DNA of 64,000 nucleotides from Octopus bimaculoides. Its lineage: Eukaryota. Positions 12,563 to 25,734 of this stretch are shown piece after piece (the stretch's first letter is position 1; every line of letters starts with the position of its first letter). A model generated the notes under the pieces. It was not told where the DNA came from. It saw only the letters and a list, made by a program, of their open reading frames with translations, and did not search any database. The DNA lies in NCBI RefSeq assembly GCF_001194135.2, contig NC_069003.1, positions 30,464,668-30,528,667 of the forward strand. Reading direction: 5' to 3'. Both the position numbers and the translations under genes were made by a program.

Positions 12563-12914
12563 TGGTGGAGATGTATGCAAGTAGGGTGTATGCGTGTGTA
12601 TGTATGTATATATATATATATATATATGCATACATACATATCACACGCACATGCGCGTGGTCCATGTCCAATCCTTGCTGCTCATTCAAACACACACACA
12701 GATATACTGTGCAACTTTGGTGATTCCAGTTTTTGTTTTTGTTTTTTGTTTTTCCATTTCTAATAGCGTGTTCTTTTTCTTTCTCCCTCCTACTCTGTAA
12801 TATCGCTCTCTCACACACTCAAATTCTCTCTTTCTATTCTATTTTCTGTCGCGGTTTTTTTTTTTTTTTTTCCTGTTGTATTTTCTGGTTATCTAGCTGG
12901 CTAACTGCAAGTTC

Positions 12915-12933
12915 CGTCTGTCTATCTAACTAC

Positions 12934-12974
<41 letters not shown>

Positions 12975-13002
12975 CATCCTGCCTATCTATCTATCTAACT
13001 AC

Positions 13003-13047
<45 letters not shown>

Positions 13048-13145
13048 CATCCTGCCTATCTATCTATCTGTCTATCTTTCCTGTCTGCCCATCCATCCAT
13101 CCCGTCTATTTATCTATATCTGTCTGTCTATCTATCTATTTATCT
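12915..13145. repeat. (CTAT)n tetranucleotide microsatellite complex
   Basis: Directly visible. Confidence 0.95.
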
Positions 13146-13439
13146 GTGCCATACGCACCTAATGAAAAGGTTGATTGTGAGTTCGAAGTTTACAGGATAT
13201 GGACTTCCTTCATGTAAAAAAAAAATAATAAAATGTCCTTCCTTTCCTGATTTCATTTGGCTGTCGTCAGCTATGATCGTACATAAAAGGCATATTTATA
13301 CGTCTGTCTGTTGGAAGGAAGTCTGCAGGTTCCAGTCACAGATTTTGAACTTCAAAAGTCTGGACCCATGAGTTTGTCACACACCCTCCTTATCTTTGTC
13401 CATTGCGACTGCCCGAGTTACTGGTACCATGAGCCAACC

Positions 13440-13657
13440 CTATGCTGCTGAAAAGATCTTGGCTTTGGGTTAAAAGAAAATACAGGAGGATCAGTCAATT
13501 ATGATTTTACTCAACATATTCCCCTCTCGAATTCACACACTTATTGCAGGGGTCCTTCAGTTTTTCATAGCCCTGTAAAAGAACTCAGAAGGTTGCTCCA
13601 CCGACCAAACCTTTTGTGATAGTCTTAAAATCAAGAACTTCTCAGCACCTCCTCAGA
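13440..13657 (-). mobile_element. Mariner-derived MITE (same family as 51072-51300)
   Basis: Reverse-complement match including both TIRs (tgctgaaaag...; ...ttctcagcacc). Confidence 0.75.
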
Positions 13658-14383
13658 TTGTCCCAGAGTAATATGGAGAAATATGTCACATCTAATACAA
13701 AGGAGACAGTTGGAGGGTTAATATTGATTGTACAAATGGGTCCTTTTTATTTCTAATATGAGCTGCAACTAATTATGTTTCTGTCTGTGTGTTTGAGTCG
13801 ATGCATCATCATTAAGCATCCGTTTTCCATAATGGCATGTGTATACAATGTATGTATGTGCATTTGTATTTATATATATGTCTGTATGTGTGTGTGTGTG
13901 TGTGCATATATATGTATAAATATATTATGTATGTCTGTGTGTGCATATATATATATATACAGTATGTACTTAAATATTATTACGTGTGTGTGTGTGAATA
14001 GATTTCATTAAGTGACTATTTTTATTCTTTCATTTCTCTTCCTCTCAGTTGATCCCCCTCCCCCCTCCCCCAAATTGTAAATGGTTTTGCATCTTTACAT
14101 AGGAACATATATATACACACACACATACACACAAATACACACACGTGTGTGTATGTATATATACATACAATTATATGTATATTGTTCTTATTTTATTGCT
14201 TTGTTAGTTTTCCTTTGGCCTCCTCCGCACCGTACTCACAACCCTGCCCACTACCCCCATTCCAATCTCCAGTCTGTTTCCTGTGACATTTACCCCCTTG
14301 TCAACCAGAACTTGGAAATTCTGTACCTCCCTCTCTCTTGTCACCCTGGCACCATCATATCACACCCTCCTCCACATTTGCTT

Positions 14384-14423
<40 letters not shown>

Positions 14424-14779
14424 CATTACCACCACCACTGCTACTGTTGCTGCCACTGCCAATAATACCACTAAATGATGATGATGATGATGTCTAGTCC
14501 TCTGTATGTGTGTGTGTGTGTGTGTGTGTATATATACACACATACACTCATGGAATTTTTATTGGACGCTTGACATCTCTGCACTTATGTTGTAGTGCTT
14601 TTCGGAGGGGTTTGAGTGAGAATTTGAAGGGCCAGAAGGAAGAGAAAGAGAGAGGTGGGGTGACAAACAGTGATAATGTTCTTTAAAGTTAGGAAATAAA
14701 ATTAATTAATTCTTTCTATGTGGCTTGGTACCAAATGGTCCACAGCCTGGAACTGGCCTTGTGGTTGGGGACTTCTGCC

Positions 14780-15006
14780 TTAACCCTATTAGTGTTGGGA
14801 TTGCTCTGCCAAATGTAAAGCTTATTTATTCATAGTTTCGGATTAGTTATGTATTGCCTCGTAGCTTTCAGATTTCAGTGATATTATTGCCTATTTTTAG
14901 GAAGACATTGTAGAGTAGGTGTGAGAGGCTAGATCTGGCCAGTTTGAACTTGAAACAGGAAGCATATTTATGCTGGATATGGCCAGTTTAAATATTAAAT
15001 AGTTAA
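14780..15006 (-). mobile_element. piggyBac-like MITE (TTAA-bounded, ttaaccct...agggttaa family)
   Basis: TTAA at both ends; interior matches 37577-37804 in reverse. Confidence 0.65.
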
Positions 15007-15479
15007 GTATTGTTATCTTTTGGGATGATCATTTAATTTTCTTGCCAACACTCCTTTGTTGTTGTTCTTATTTTATCTAATGTCCATTGTCTGGAAATCT
15101 TTCATCACACATCTGTGACCTCTTCAGCAACTCTTCCATCCATGTGTTTCTTCCTGTTCTCTTTAGTCCATTCTGTCTTTCTATGATTGATTTCACATCA
15201 GGGATCTTACAAAACAAATTCATAAACATAAGGTTAAGTTAGTGTTTAGAATATAAATTAACATGATGATTTGATGGTAGATTTTTATTTAGGTCACTTG
15301 AAAACAGGTTTGTATCATAGACCGAAGGGGTTTTCTCAGGTGTATCATGAGGGTTAAAGGACCTTACTTTGACCTGTTTTAAGACAATCTTTTGTTTAGA
15401 AATCCTCTCTGATCTGCATGATGATGATGATCAAATCAATCAGAAATTAGTGCAATTATAAATCTTTTTGAAATATTGT

Positions 15480-15860
15480 TGTGCGATAAGAAGTTTGCTT
15501 CCCAACCACATGTTTTCAGGTTCAGTCCCACTGTGTGGCACCTTGGGCAAATTACCTTTTATTTGCCCAAGCCTTGTGAGTAGATTTGGTAGCCGGAAAC
15601 TGAAACAAGCCCATCATGTGTGTGTGTGTGTGTTGTATTTGTCCCTCATAACCATTTGATTGACAACCAGTGTTGGTTTGTTTACAGCCCTGTGACTTAG
15701 CAGTTTGGCTAAAGAGACTGATAGAATAGGTATCAGGCTTCAAAAAAAAAAAAGAAAGAAAAAAAAAGCAAAGAAGCATTTTGGTTGATTTGTTCATCTA
15801 AAACCCTTCAAGGCGGAACCCCTCAGAGTGGCCACAGTTCAATGACTGAAACAAGTAGAT
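15480..15860 (+). mobile_element. SINE family A copy
   Basis: B box, CORE-like segment, internal (TG)n, tail; CpG-decayed. Confidence 0.85.
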
Positions 15861-17102
15861 CTCAAACGATGTAGTTAATTGTCTGAATAATTATAATCAT
15901 TATAACCATTAAGAGAAATCAGGTGACCTTTTTCTTTTCCTTTTTTTTTCTTTTTTTCTTTTTTTGTTTTGCATATGGTAGTGTGTTCTTAATAGCGAAT
16001 GGCCCTCTCAATACACTCCTGTTTCTTCTTTGGNNNNNNNNNNNNNNNNNNNNNNNNNNNNNNNNNNNNNNNNNNNNNNNNNNNNNNNNNNNNNNNNNNN
16101 NNNNNNNNNNNNNNNNNNNNNNNNNNNNNNNNNNNNNNNNNNNNNNNNNNNNNNNNNNNNNNNNNNNNNNNNNNNNNNNNNNNNNNNNNNNNNNNNNNNN
16201 NNNNNNNNNNNNNNNNNNNNNNNNNNNNNNNNNNNNNNNNNNNNNNNNNNNNNNNNNNNNNNNNNNNNNNNNNNNNNNNNNNNNNNNNNNNNNNNNNNNN
16301 NNNNNNNNNNNNNNNNNNNNNNNNNNNNNNNNNNNNNNNNNNNNNNNNNNNNNNNNNNNNNNNNNNNNNNNNNNNNNNNNNNNNNNNNNNNNNNNNNNNN
16401 NNNNNNNNNNNNNNNNNNNNNNNNNNNNNNNNNNNNNNNNNNNNNNNNNNNNNNNNNNNNNNNNNNNNNNNNNNNNNNNNNNNNNNNNNNNNNNNNNNNN
16501 NNNNNNNNNNNNNNNNNNNNNNNNNNNNNNNNNNNNNNNNNNNNNNNNNNNNNNNNNNNNNNNNNNNNNNNNNNNNNNNNNNNNNNNNNNNNNNNNNNNN
16601 NNNNNNNNNNNNNNNNNNNNNNNNNNNNTCATAGAGTAAGAACAGACTTGTATGTTGCAGTTGTTGTTTCTGTTGTCATGGTTAAGAGAGAAGGGTGGTG
16701 GTGGTGGTGGTGGTGGTGGTGGTGGTGGGGCACGCAGAAACTGTAAAGTGCTGAGCCTTGCATTATTTAGTTCTGCACCTCAGCGTACTGAGATCAGATC
16801 CCACTAGAGTTGATTATGGTACGAATCAACTACAGTGTCGGTAAAGTAAACACCAATCATTTATCGGGCTTCCTTCGGCAAGTGTGTGGCCTCGTACCAG
16901 TTTGGGAAATGTCATTGTTAATAATTATTATTAACTTTATTATATAATAGTGCCTGTCAATTTTAGAGATGACAATAATTAATTAATATTAATGTAACAG
17001 CTATTGGCAGTTGACATTACACTGGAATATATTCTAAAGTAATATGTTAGGTTTAGTCTTGATGTACCTATCACATCCGTTAAAAATAAAATAAATGCGC
17101 CC

Positions 17103-17328
17103 TTTTAAAGCCTAGCCAGGCTCATGGGCCCGGTTTCAATGGCGTATATGTTCCCCAGCCGGACGGGACGCCAGTCCATCGCAGCGTTACTCATTTTTGC
17201 CAGCTGAGTGAACTGGAGCAACGTGAAATGAGCAAAAGCTCAAGGACACAATGCGTCGCCCAGTCCAGGAATCGAAACCACAATATTACGATCATGATGC
17301 TGACACCCTAACCACTAAGCCACGCGCC
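17103..17328 (-). mobile_element. tRNA-derived SINE with CORE-like tgtgtccttgagc segment
   Basis: On the - strand: A box TGGCTTAGTGG, B box GTTTCGATTCC, body ttcacgttgctccagttcactcagctg shared with 42345-42620. Confidence 0.75.
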
Positions 17329-17394
17329 ACCACATCACATCCTTTACTTTATTATATATTTTGTGCCTGTCAATTTTTGAGATGACAATAAATT

Positions 17395-17700
17395 ATTATT
17401 ATTCTCATTATTGGGTGAGAGAGCAGTGCATGCCATCAAAGTGACACTGGGGTACAAATATATGAAGCCCATTATACCCATTATGACTACTCGTCTGATA
17501 AGGGTACACCAGGCACATGCATCACAACGATATGTGTGCGACGTGGTGATCTCATATCAAGATNNNNNNNNNNCACAACGATATGTGTGCGACGTGGTGA
17601 TCTCATATCAAGATAAACAGCGCATGACCTTGCAGGTGGGGTCCAGTTAGAATTTTCTTCAGGTCGAGTAGCCCATCCCCCCCCACTCAAAAGATCCCTT
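17395..17700 (-). mobile_element. Non-LTR retroelement 3' fragment with (AAT)n tail
   Basis: Inverted match to 63300-63560, which ends ctctctcactcaataataataat. Confidence 0.7.
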
Positions 17701-18639
17701 ATTATTATTATTAAAGTGATGAGCTGGCAGAATTGTTATATATATATATATATAATATATTATATCATATTTGTCAGCATACAAGTTGATGTAATATATA
17801 GTGTAGACATGTAGCATAATCCATCTTTCCAAATCCTGCTGCATTTCACATGGAATTCTTGGTCCTCCAAACATGTCTTGTAGCATAAATTAATGTAGCC
17901 TTTTTAAAAAAAATTTTTCTTGTTTTTTTTCTGCAAAATTCTTTCATGTCACTAGGAAATACATTATATCTCCATCTCATTCTCAGAATGTTTGGCCATT
18001 TGCTATTGTCAGGATTGGGGTGGGGTCAGAGGAGGAGGTGGAGGGGCACTTGCCCAGCTTGGGTGGTTCTGGATCTGGGGGACGTCTTGAATGACCCCTA
18101 CTTGGAAAGTCATCCTGCATTAGTAGGCTAATGAAATTATTTGTCGGCTATATCCATACATATTTTATTTGATTTCTTTCTCATTTGAGTTCCATCTAAA
18201 CGTCCCCGTTCCCCCAATCTACTTAGTCTATCTTTATAATCTCCTTTTCATCTGATGGCCCTGTGGTAAATGAAAGCAATCATCATCATCATCGTTTTCA
18301 TTATTACTATTATCATGGCAGTAGAGTGCTGACTCAGAAGGGCGCCAGACAAAATGTCAAGCACCATTTCATTCCATTCTAAGTTCAAAATTCCCCCCCC
18401 CCCAAGTCAACTTTGCCTTTCTACCTTTTCTGATGTCATCAATAAAATAAGGAACAAATAAATAATTAAGTATGGTATGTGTGTGTGTGTGTGTGTCGAT
18501 GGTTGGTGGGGCAGTGGACTTGATTGTAATCAGCTAGCTAAAACCCTTGAATGTGGTATCCCCCTCCGATGTCTACCACATGCAACAACAATCCGGCAAC
18601 TTGCTCATCAGTAAAAAGAAAGCAAATAAGTCATCATAG

Positions 18640-18780
18640 TCATTTTCGTTTTAAGTCATCACTGTTGTTGTTTTAAGTCATCATAATCAGTCGTTTTAAG
18701 TCCTGATTGTTGTGTCAAGTCGTCATTGTCGTTTCAAGTCGTCATCGTCATTTCAAGTCTTCATCGTCGTTTTCAGGTAA
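18640..18780. repeat. Degenerate ~18-21 bp minisatellite (gtttYaagtcRtcatc)
   Basis: Several visible units of gttttaagtc/gtttcaagtc. Confidence 0.7.
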
Positions 18781-18899
18781 AATGAGGTAATGGTTCCACA
18801 CTGACCAGAATGTCACCATCATGCAAGCTGTGTTTTCCATTTCCAATTTTCCAGGTAAACACACCTGGTCGTGGAGAAATATTACCTTACAGGCAATAC

Positions 18900-19303
18900 T
18901 CTTTTATTCTTTTTGTTTGTCATTTGACTGTGACCATGCTGGAGCACCACCTTAAAGGGTTTTTTTAGTTGAAGAAATCAAACCTGGGATTATTTTTGTT
19001 TTTTATTCTTTGTAAGCCGAGCACTTATTCTATCGGTTTCTTTTGCTGAACTTCTAAGTTACAGGGATGTAAACACACTAACATTGGTTACCAAGTGATG
19101 ACAGGGGGTCAAACACAGGCACAAAGACACACCCACACAAATATATATTCTTTCAGTTTCCAACTCCCAAATCCACTCACAAGGCTTTGGTCAGCTCGAG
19201 GCCATAGAAGAAGACACTTGCACAAGGTGCCATGCAGTGGGACTGAACCCGGAACCATGTGGTTGGGAAGGTAGCTTCTTACCACACAACCATGATTGCG
19301 CCT
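18900..19303 (-). mobile_element. SINE family A copy
   Basis: Full reverse-complement match; CpG-decayed. Confidence 0.85.
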
Positions 19304-20034
19304 ATTGTGGACATTAAAACGATGATGATGTTTGATTCTTAATTGCATAACATCTCCTTTTTCTGCCCTTCATCTTTATATAAACTTGATTTTTTTTTCC
19401 CTTCCCATGTTTTTGTAAGATTTTCGCTGTGTAACAGGATCGTTTTCATTTTACTTTCTAGGGTTTCTTTTTTGTATTTTTTTTTTGTTATTGTTGTATT
19501 TTGTATTGTTGCTGTTTTTTTTGGTGGTGGGGGGGGGGGCCTTTCGTACCCAAACATTACATAAGCCCTACATTCCTGAAAATTTTGTTTGTGGCATGAA
19601 TAAAGTTCCCTAACTTGAAGCCTATTTTCTCATTTACTTCCTTATAGAATATAAATTCACATCAAAGGAATTTCACATTACAGCAAAATTTTCAAGAATG
19701 CAATACTTCCATAACACAAGTTTGTCTGGATTTTATCGTAATTTTTTAACCTTTATAGCTAAAAACAAAAAAAAAAAAAAAGTCATTACCATAATTATTA
19801 AAGCAGTGAGCTGGCATAATCATTATTGCCGTGCACAAATTGCTTAGCAGCATTTCTTTTGACTCATTACATAGTGAGTTCAAATTCCANNNNNNNNNNN
19901 NNNNNNNNNNNNNNNNNNNNNNNNNNNNNNNNNNNNNNNNNNNNNNNNNNNNNNNNNNNNNNNNNNNNNNNNNNNNNNNNNNNNNNNNNNNNNNNNNNNN
20001 NNNNNNNNNNNNNNNNNNNNNNTGAAATTTGAAA

Positions 20035-20475
20035 CCAGCAAGCTGGCAGAATTGTTAGCACGCCGGGCGAAATGTTTACCTGTTTTTCATCTGCTGCTAT
20101 GTTCTGAGTTCAAATTCCACTGAGGCTGATTTTGCTTTTCATCCTTTTGGGGGTCGATGAAATAAGTACCAGTTACACACTGAGGGTCGATATAATCGAC
20201 TAACCCCTTTCCCCAAAAAATTTTCGGGGCCTTGTTCCTAGAGTAGAAATAATTATTATTAAGGTTAGCAAGCTGGCAGAATCATTAGCACGCCAAGCAA
20301 AATGCTTACTAGTGTTTCGTCCATCTTCATGTTTTGAGTTCAGATTCCACTGAAGTTGAATTTGCCTTCCATCATATCAGGGTCAATAAATTAAATACCA
20401 ATGAAACACTGGCATTGATGTAATCAACTAGACTCCTCCCTGCAAATTTCCAGCCTTGTGCTTTCAGTAGAAAGG

Positions 20476-20511
<36 letters not shown>

Positions 20512-20512
20512 G
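20035..20512 (+). mobile_element. Two head-to-tail SINE family C copies (tRNA head, Meta-domain-like body, (ATT)n tail)
   Basis: A box TGGCAGAATtgttagc, B box GAGTTCAAATTCC, body ttgcctttcatcctttcggggtcgataaaataagtaccagtt-like. Resemblance to the MetaSINE domain is from memory. Confidence 0.8.
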
Positions 20513-20784
20513 ATATAAATGCTGTTGATTCACAGAAGCAGTTGTTGCATCGAAAGGCAACATACAAGAAGAAACGGAATTTAATCAACTGTCATTTTCT
20601 CCAATAAAAACCATTCCTGCTTTTCTGTTTAAAATCTTCAATATTTTGAGAGATAAGCAGATTGGCAGAATTCATAGAATCATCCTATGTAATGTCAAAA
20701 TAACACCTGTTTCCCTTCCATACCTGCAAAATCTCTTCGTAACGTGCCAAAGTTAGGAATTTTTATCATTTTGTAGTTATTTAT

Positions 20785-20838
<54 letters not shown>

Positions 20839-20850
20839 TATACATACAGA

Positions 20851-20887
<37 letters not shown>

Positions 20888-21584
20888 TTATATATATGCT
20901 CTATTGGGGTGTTTTTGTTTTTTCTTCTGAATTCTAAAAGCCTATTTGGAATTATAACTTCATTGTTTTGGCTGCTTTATCAATTTTGAAGTCTCTGTAA
21001 ACACAGTTCCCCCCACACCCTACCACCACCACCACCACCACCCTGCTCCAGCCTCTGCTATGGGTCGGTCCACTATTTTTACAGTTTCTTGTTTATCAAA
21101 CTCTGCTTTGTTAAGTCCTTTGTGGCTTTGTTAAAATATGTGTGCGTGCGTGTTTGCATGTGTGTGTGTGTGTGTCTGTGTGCGCGTGTGTATTGGCACA
21201 CACGCATGTGTAGGTTTGCGACTGCCTGATGGGAAATGGTTGGGCTCCTATCGCTCGAGTCTTGAATTATCATTATGGCCTGTTCTCATTTCTACCATAT
21301 TGTTGGGGTTTTTTTTACCCTATATTCTGTCTCCTGCCACCCCCTCTTTCTATTCATGGTGTGTATGTGTATGTATGTATATATGCATATTGCATGGGTG
21401 TGTTTGCATCTATATATATGTAATAAACATGCTTACATGCATATACATGCTTCTACATAAGTCTATGCATATTTCTGTGTGTCTACATAAAATTATATGT
21501 GAGTGTGTCTGGATGCATATATATACATATATATATATACATACACACACACACACACACACACATATATAAATATATATATAC

Positions 21585-21620
<36 letters not shown>

Positions 21621-21654
21621 TATACACATACACATGTACTCATACACACATACA

Positions 21655-21685
<31 letters not shown>

Positions 21686-22069
21686 GTATAATGACATTTC
21701 CCCCCCTGTTTTTTGCCCTTTGGAAAGTCCTTGGTTATTTGCTAACCCAGGACCACCTACATGGAGTGCTTCTCATTAGGAGTTTATATTTAGAAAAAAA
21801 ACAAAAAAACAATTGACTTTTTAATTAATTATGTGATATTTTGTGGTATAACGAGTGCTAATTTGTCACAGTTCCATAAAAGGTTACAAGAGTATACTTT
21901 GTTTGTTTCGTTTTGTTTTTATGTTCTCTTTGTCTCACATTATAATGATGCTAGTTTCACTTTGTGACATGGGACTCTGGATTTGTAAGCATACGGTTAG
22001 CAGTAGCTTGCATTAGCCCCAGTACGTAACTGTTACTGGGTCTTTTTTTTTTTCCATGTTGTGGTTTCA

Positions 22070-22500
22070 CCCTTTAGCATTTAAACCAGCCATATCAGGC
22101 CTAAATATTCTACCCATTGTGTATTCTACCCTGGCCAGATCCAGAAGCCTACTTACTATTCAGTATCATTCTAGAAATAAGCAGTTGCATCGTAGAAATC
22201 TAACAGCCACGAGATAATAATGCATGGTTAATTCAAAAGAATGCGAATAAATAAGCATCTGATAGCTAAGGGGTTATCCCTTAGCATTTCAACTGGCCAT
22301 ACCTACCCAGCCCAACTTTTCTATCTGTTTAACCCTTTAACATTCAACTGGCTATACCTGGCATGCATATTCTACCTGTTTAAACCATGCAGATTTAGCC
22401 TCTCAAACCTTTCCTACACTGTTGATCACATCGTTAAAATCTCAAAGCTTTGAGATAATGCATGATTAATTCAAAACAACATGAATAAATAAGCATTGCA
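22070..22500 (+). mobile_element. Tandem piggyBac-like MITE copies
   Basis: Two to three partial head-to-tail units of the ccctttagcatttaaaccagccatatc family. Confidence 0.65.
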
Positions 22501-22608
22501 TTCTGGTTTAAAGACAGAAAATAAGTTCTAGAGTCAAGTCATTCAGCTACAATTCCTCAGAGCAATACTCCTGCATAGCCACAGTCTAATGACTGAAACA
22601 ATTAAATA

Positions 22609-22855
22609 TTCTATGTTTAAGAGATGAGCAATTATGTACATTATTTACATTATTTACATTTGAAGGATATTTGTCCTCATCTTGTGTTTGTTGTTAACAC
22701 GTTTCAGCTGATATACCCTCCAGCCTTCATCAGGTGTCTTGGGGAAATTTCGAACCTTAATAATTATTATTATTATCGTTCAGGTCACTGCTTGGAATTG
22801 AACTCGGAATCTTGGGGTTAGTAGCCCACACTCTTAACCACTACACCATATGCCC
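22609..22855 (-). mobile_element. tRNA-headed SINE-like element carrying a hammerhead motif (copy 1)
   Basis: On the - strand: A box TGGTGTAGTGG, B box GAGTTCAATTCC, (AAT)n, then gacacCTGATGAaggctg-gagggtatat-cagctGAAAcgtgttaac; collinear with 25735-26016. Confidence 0.8.
22695..22738 (-). ncRNA. Minimal type I hammerhead motif, degenerate (C11.1U; 3-nt deletion at the cleavage site)
   Basis: CUGAUGA-A-[GGCUG/CAGCU]-GAA-ACGU core visible. Confidence 0.6.
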
Positions 22856-24451
22856 GTGGCACTTGCTCAAGGTGCCATGCATTGGGACTGAACTTGGAAC
22901 CATGTGGGTGGGAAGTAAGCTTCTTACCACATGGATTCTTCTTTTACTTGTGATGGCATAATTCAAGGAAGATTTGGCTGCTATTTCTAGCAAGCTTGGA
23001 GACCACAATAAAGGTTTAGGTTTTGTGTGTGCTAATCTTCCATGGCAATGTAGGATCAGCATAATGACAGGACAGTATATATAGTAACAAGGGTTAAATT
23101 AAGGCTTCACTTGTTCCTTGTTTTCTTTGGGTTTTTTTTTGGGGGGGGGGTTTACTTTGCATCCCCCTTGTCCCCTGCACAACAAACAACAAACACAGAA
23201 ATCAGTCACTGCCCTGATTTCCATTTTTTTCTTTTTTCTTTTTTTTCAACCATCTTCTTCATGCATGTGGAAATTCTTGTAAAGAAACCAGAAAGACTAC
23301 AAGACTCTCTTGTCTGTCTTCCTCTCTTTTTCCAAGTTACATTGTAAATCCTTCATGCTTTGATTGCATTTAATGATAAACAGATAAGGTTTTTCTTTCT
23401 TTCTTTTTTTTTTTTTTTTTTTTNNNNNNNNNNNNNNNNNNNNNNNNNNNNNNNNNNNNNNNNNNNNNNNNNNNNNNNNNNNNNNNNNNNNNNNNNNNNN
23501 NNNNNNNNNNNNNNNNNNNNNNNNNNNNNNNNNNNNNNNNNNNNNNNNNNNNNNNNNNNNNNNNNNNNNNNNNNNNNNNNNNNNNNNNNNNNNNNNNNNN
23601 NNNNNNNNNNNNNNNNNNNNNNNNNNNNNNNNNNNNNNNNNNNNNNNNNNNNNNNNNNNNNNNNNNNNNNNNNNNNNNNNNNNNNNNNCCCTCGCCCACC
23701 TCCCCAGACAAGACAAAAAAAACTTGTGTTCAAAGACATTCCAGCCGTGATCCATCCATTTTAAACTATTTATTATTCAGGCATCATGTATCTTGTCTTT
23801 CTCACTCTTTTAAAGAAGAAAACAAAAAAAGAACGAGAAATGGGAAGGAAAATTTGGCTGTTATTTCTAGCAGGTTGAGGAATGACTACCTCGAAGCTCA
23901 CTTAGTGAGTGGCGGTGGCGGCGGCGAGGATATTGATGCCAGTGTGTACAGTGTCGGAGTTTATTGTTATTGTTGTTGTGGTGCTGGCGGTGGTTTGTTG
24001 GGGATAGTATCCTAAAAATACCTTTAATAACTTGGAATCACACCATAATTACTCTCAAAAAACAACCACATGAACTAACTCCCAGCTGTTATCTATAATT
24101 TCTTTTTTATTTTGTTTTCTTTTTATCACTTATTACCATCATCATCATCATCATCGTCGACATAAACATATTAGAAACATACTCTTTTACATTGCAGTTC
24201 TAATACATAACAAACAAACCAAACAAAAATGTGGTGGGAACATCTGCTTTCAATAGATTTTTTTTCTTTCTTGTTTCGTACTACTATTATCATTAGTTGT
24301 AGTAATAGTAGTAGTAGTAGTAATAGTAGTAGTAGTAAACATCTCTCTCATTTGTATCTTGTCAAGTTTGTTTTCATTTTTCTTCCAAATAAGAATCACT
24401 TGTTCTTTCTGTGTTTCATTCCTTCCTTTCTTTCTTTCTTTCTCATTTCTT

Positions 24452-24486
<35 letters not shown>

Positions 24487-24607
24487 TTAATTTGTCCTGT
24501 ACATATTGCTTTTCTCTTTCTTTTTTCTTCTTAATGTGCTAATTGACTATTTGTGTATCTTGCATGTTTATATATGTATGTGTGTGTGTGTGTGTGTATA
24601 ATATATA

Positions 24608-24990
24608 CAGGCATGGCTGTGTGGTAAGAAGCTTGCTTCCCAACCGCATGGTTCCAGGTTCAGTCCCATTGCATGGCACCTTGGGCAAATATCTTCTACT
24701 AAAGCCTTGGGCTGACCAAAGCATTTGTGAGTGGATTTGGTAGACAGAAACTGAGAGAAGCTTGTCATGCATAGGCGCAGGAGTGACTGTGTGGTAAGTA
24801 CCTTGCTTACCAACCACATGGTTCTGGGTTCAGCCCCACTGTGTGGCACCTTGGGCAAGTGTCTTCTGCTATAGCCTTGGGCTGACCAAAGCCTTGTGAG
24901 TGGATTTGGCAGATGGAAACTGAAAGAAGCCCATTGTATATATATGTATGTGTGTGTTTGTCTGTGTTTGTCCCCACAACATTGCTTGAC
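24608..24990 (+). mobile_element. Two head-to-tail SINE family A 5' halves
   Basis: Heads at 24608 and 24773. Confidence 0.85.
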
Positions 24991-24994
24991 AATC

Positions 24995-25194
24995 TACTCT
25001 TGTTTCAGTCATTTGACTGCAGCCATGCTGGAGCACCACCTTTTAGTCAAGTAAATCGAGCCCAGGACTTATTCTTTGTTAAGCCTAGTACTTATTCTAT
25101 CAGTTTCTTTTTGCCAAACCACTAAGTTATGGGGACATAAACACATGAACATTGGTTATCAAGCAATGGTGTGGGGACAAACACAGACACACAA

Positions 25195-25227
<33 letters not shown>

Positions 25228-25345
25228 CAGGCTTTGATTGGTTCGAGGGTATAGTGGTAGATACTTGCCTAAGGTGCCAATCAGTGCGATTGAACCTGGA
25301 ACTATGTGCTTGGGAGGCAAGCTTTGTACCACACAGCTACTCCTG
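24995..25345 (-). mobile_element. SINE family A copy, tail-to-tail with the preceding copies
   Basis: Reverse-complement match. Confidence 0.85.
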
Positions 25346-25734
25346 CACGTGTGTTATAATTGCATAAGCACTTGTGTGTGGATGCGTGTGGTATATGCAT
25401 AATCGCTTCCAAATGTTAATTGGCATTCAGTTGATTCAGTTGGTATTTGCTTCAAAACAAGTATGCAGCTGAGGGGGAGAGAGAGAGAGTGAGAGGAGGA
25501 GGAGGAGTTTGTTGTGTGTGTAAGCTGCAGGCAAAGCTGTGTAGTTAAGAAGTGCACCGCTGAACCACGTGGTTCTAAGTTCAATCACACTGCACAGTGC
25601 ACATGGTTATTCGGTTATTCACCTGGTTATAGATAGCTCCTGGTTTGTTCTTATGTGTAGGGTCATGTACAAGACAAAAACAGGTTTTGATAAGGAGGTG
25701 GAATCATTAGTGCATCAAGGAAAGTGCTTAACAA

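Noticed and set aside
12215-12763. 182-aa + strand ORF over the promoter-like region
   Set aside because: No ATG until near its end, where it runs into (TA)n; openness is explained by GC-rich and simple-repeat composition.
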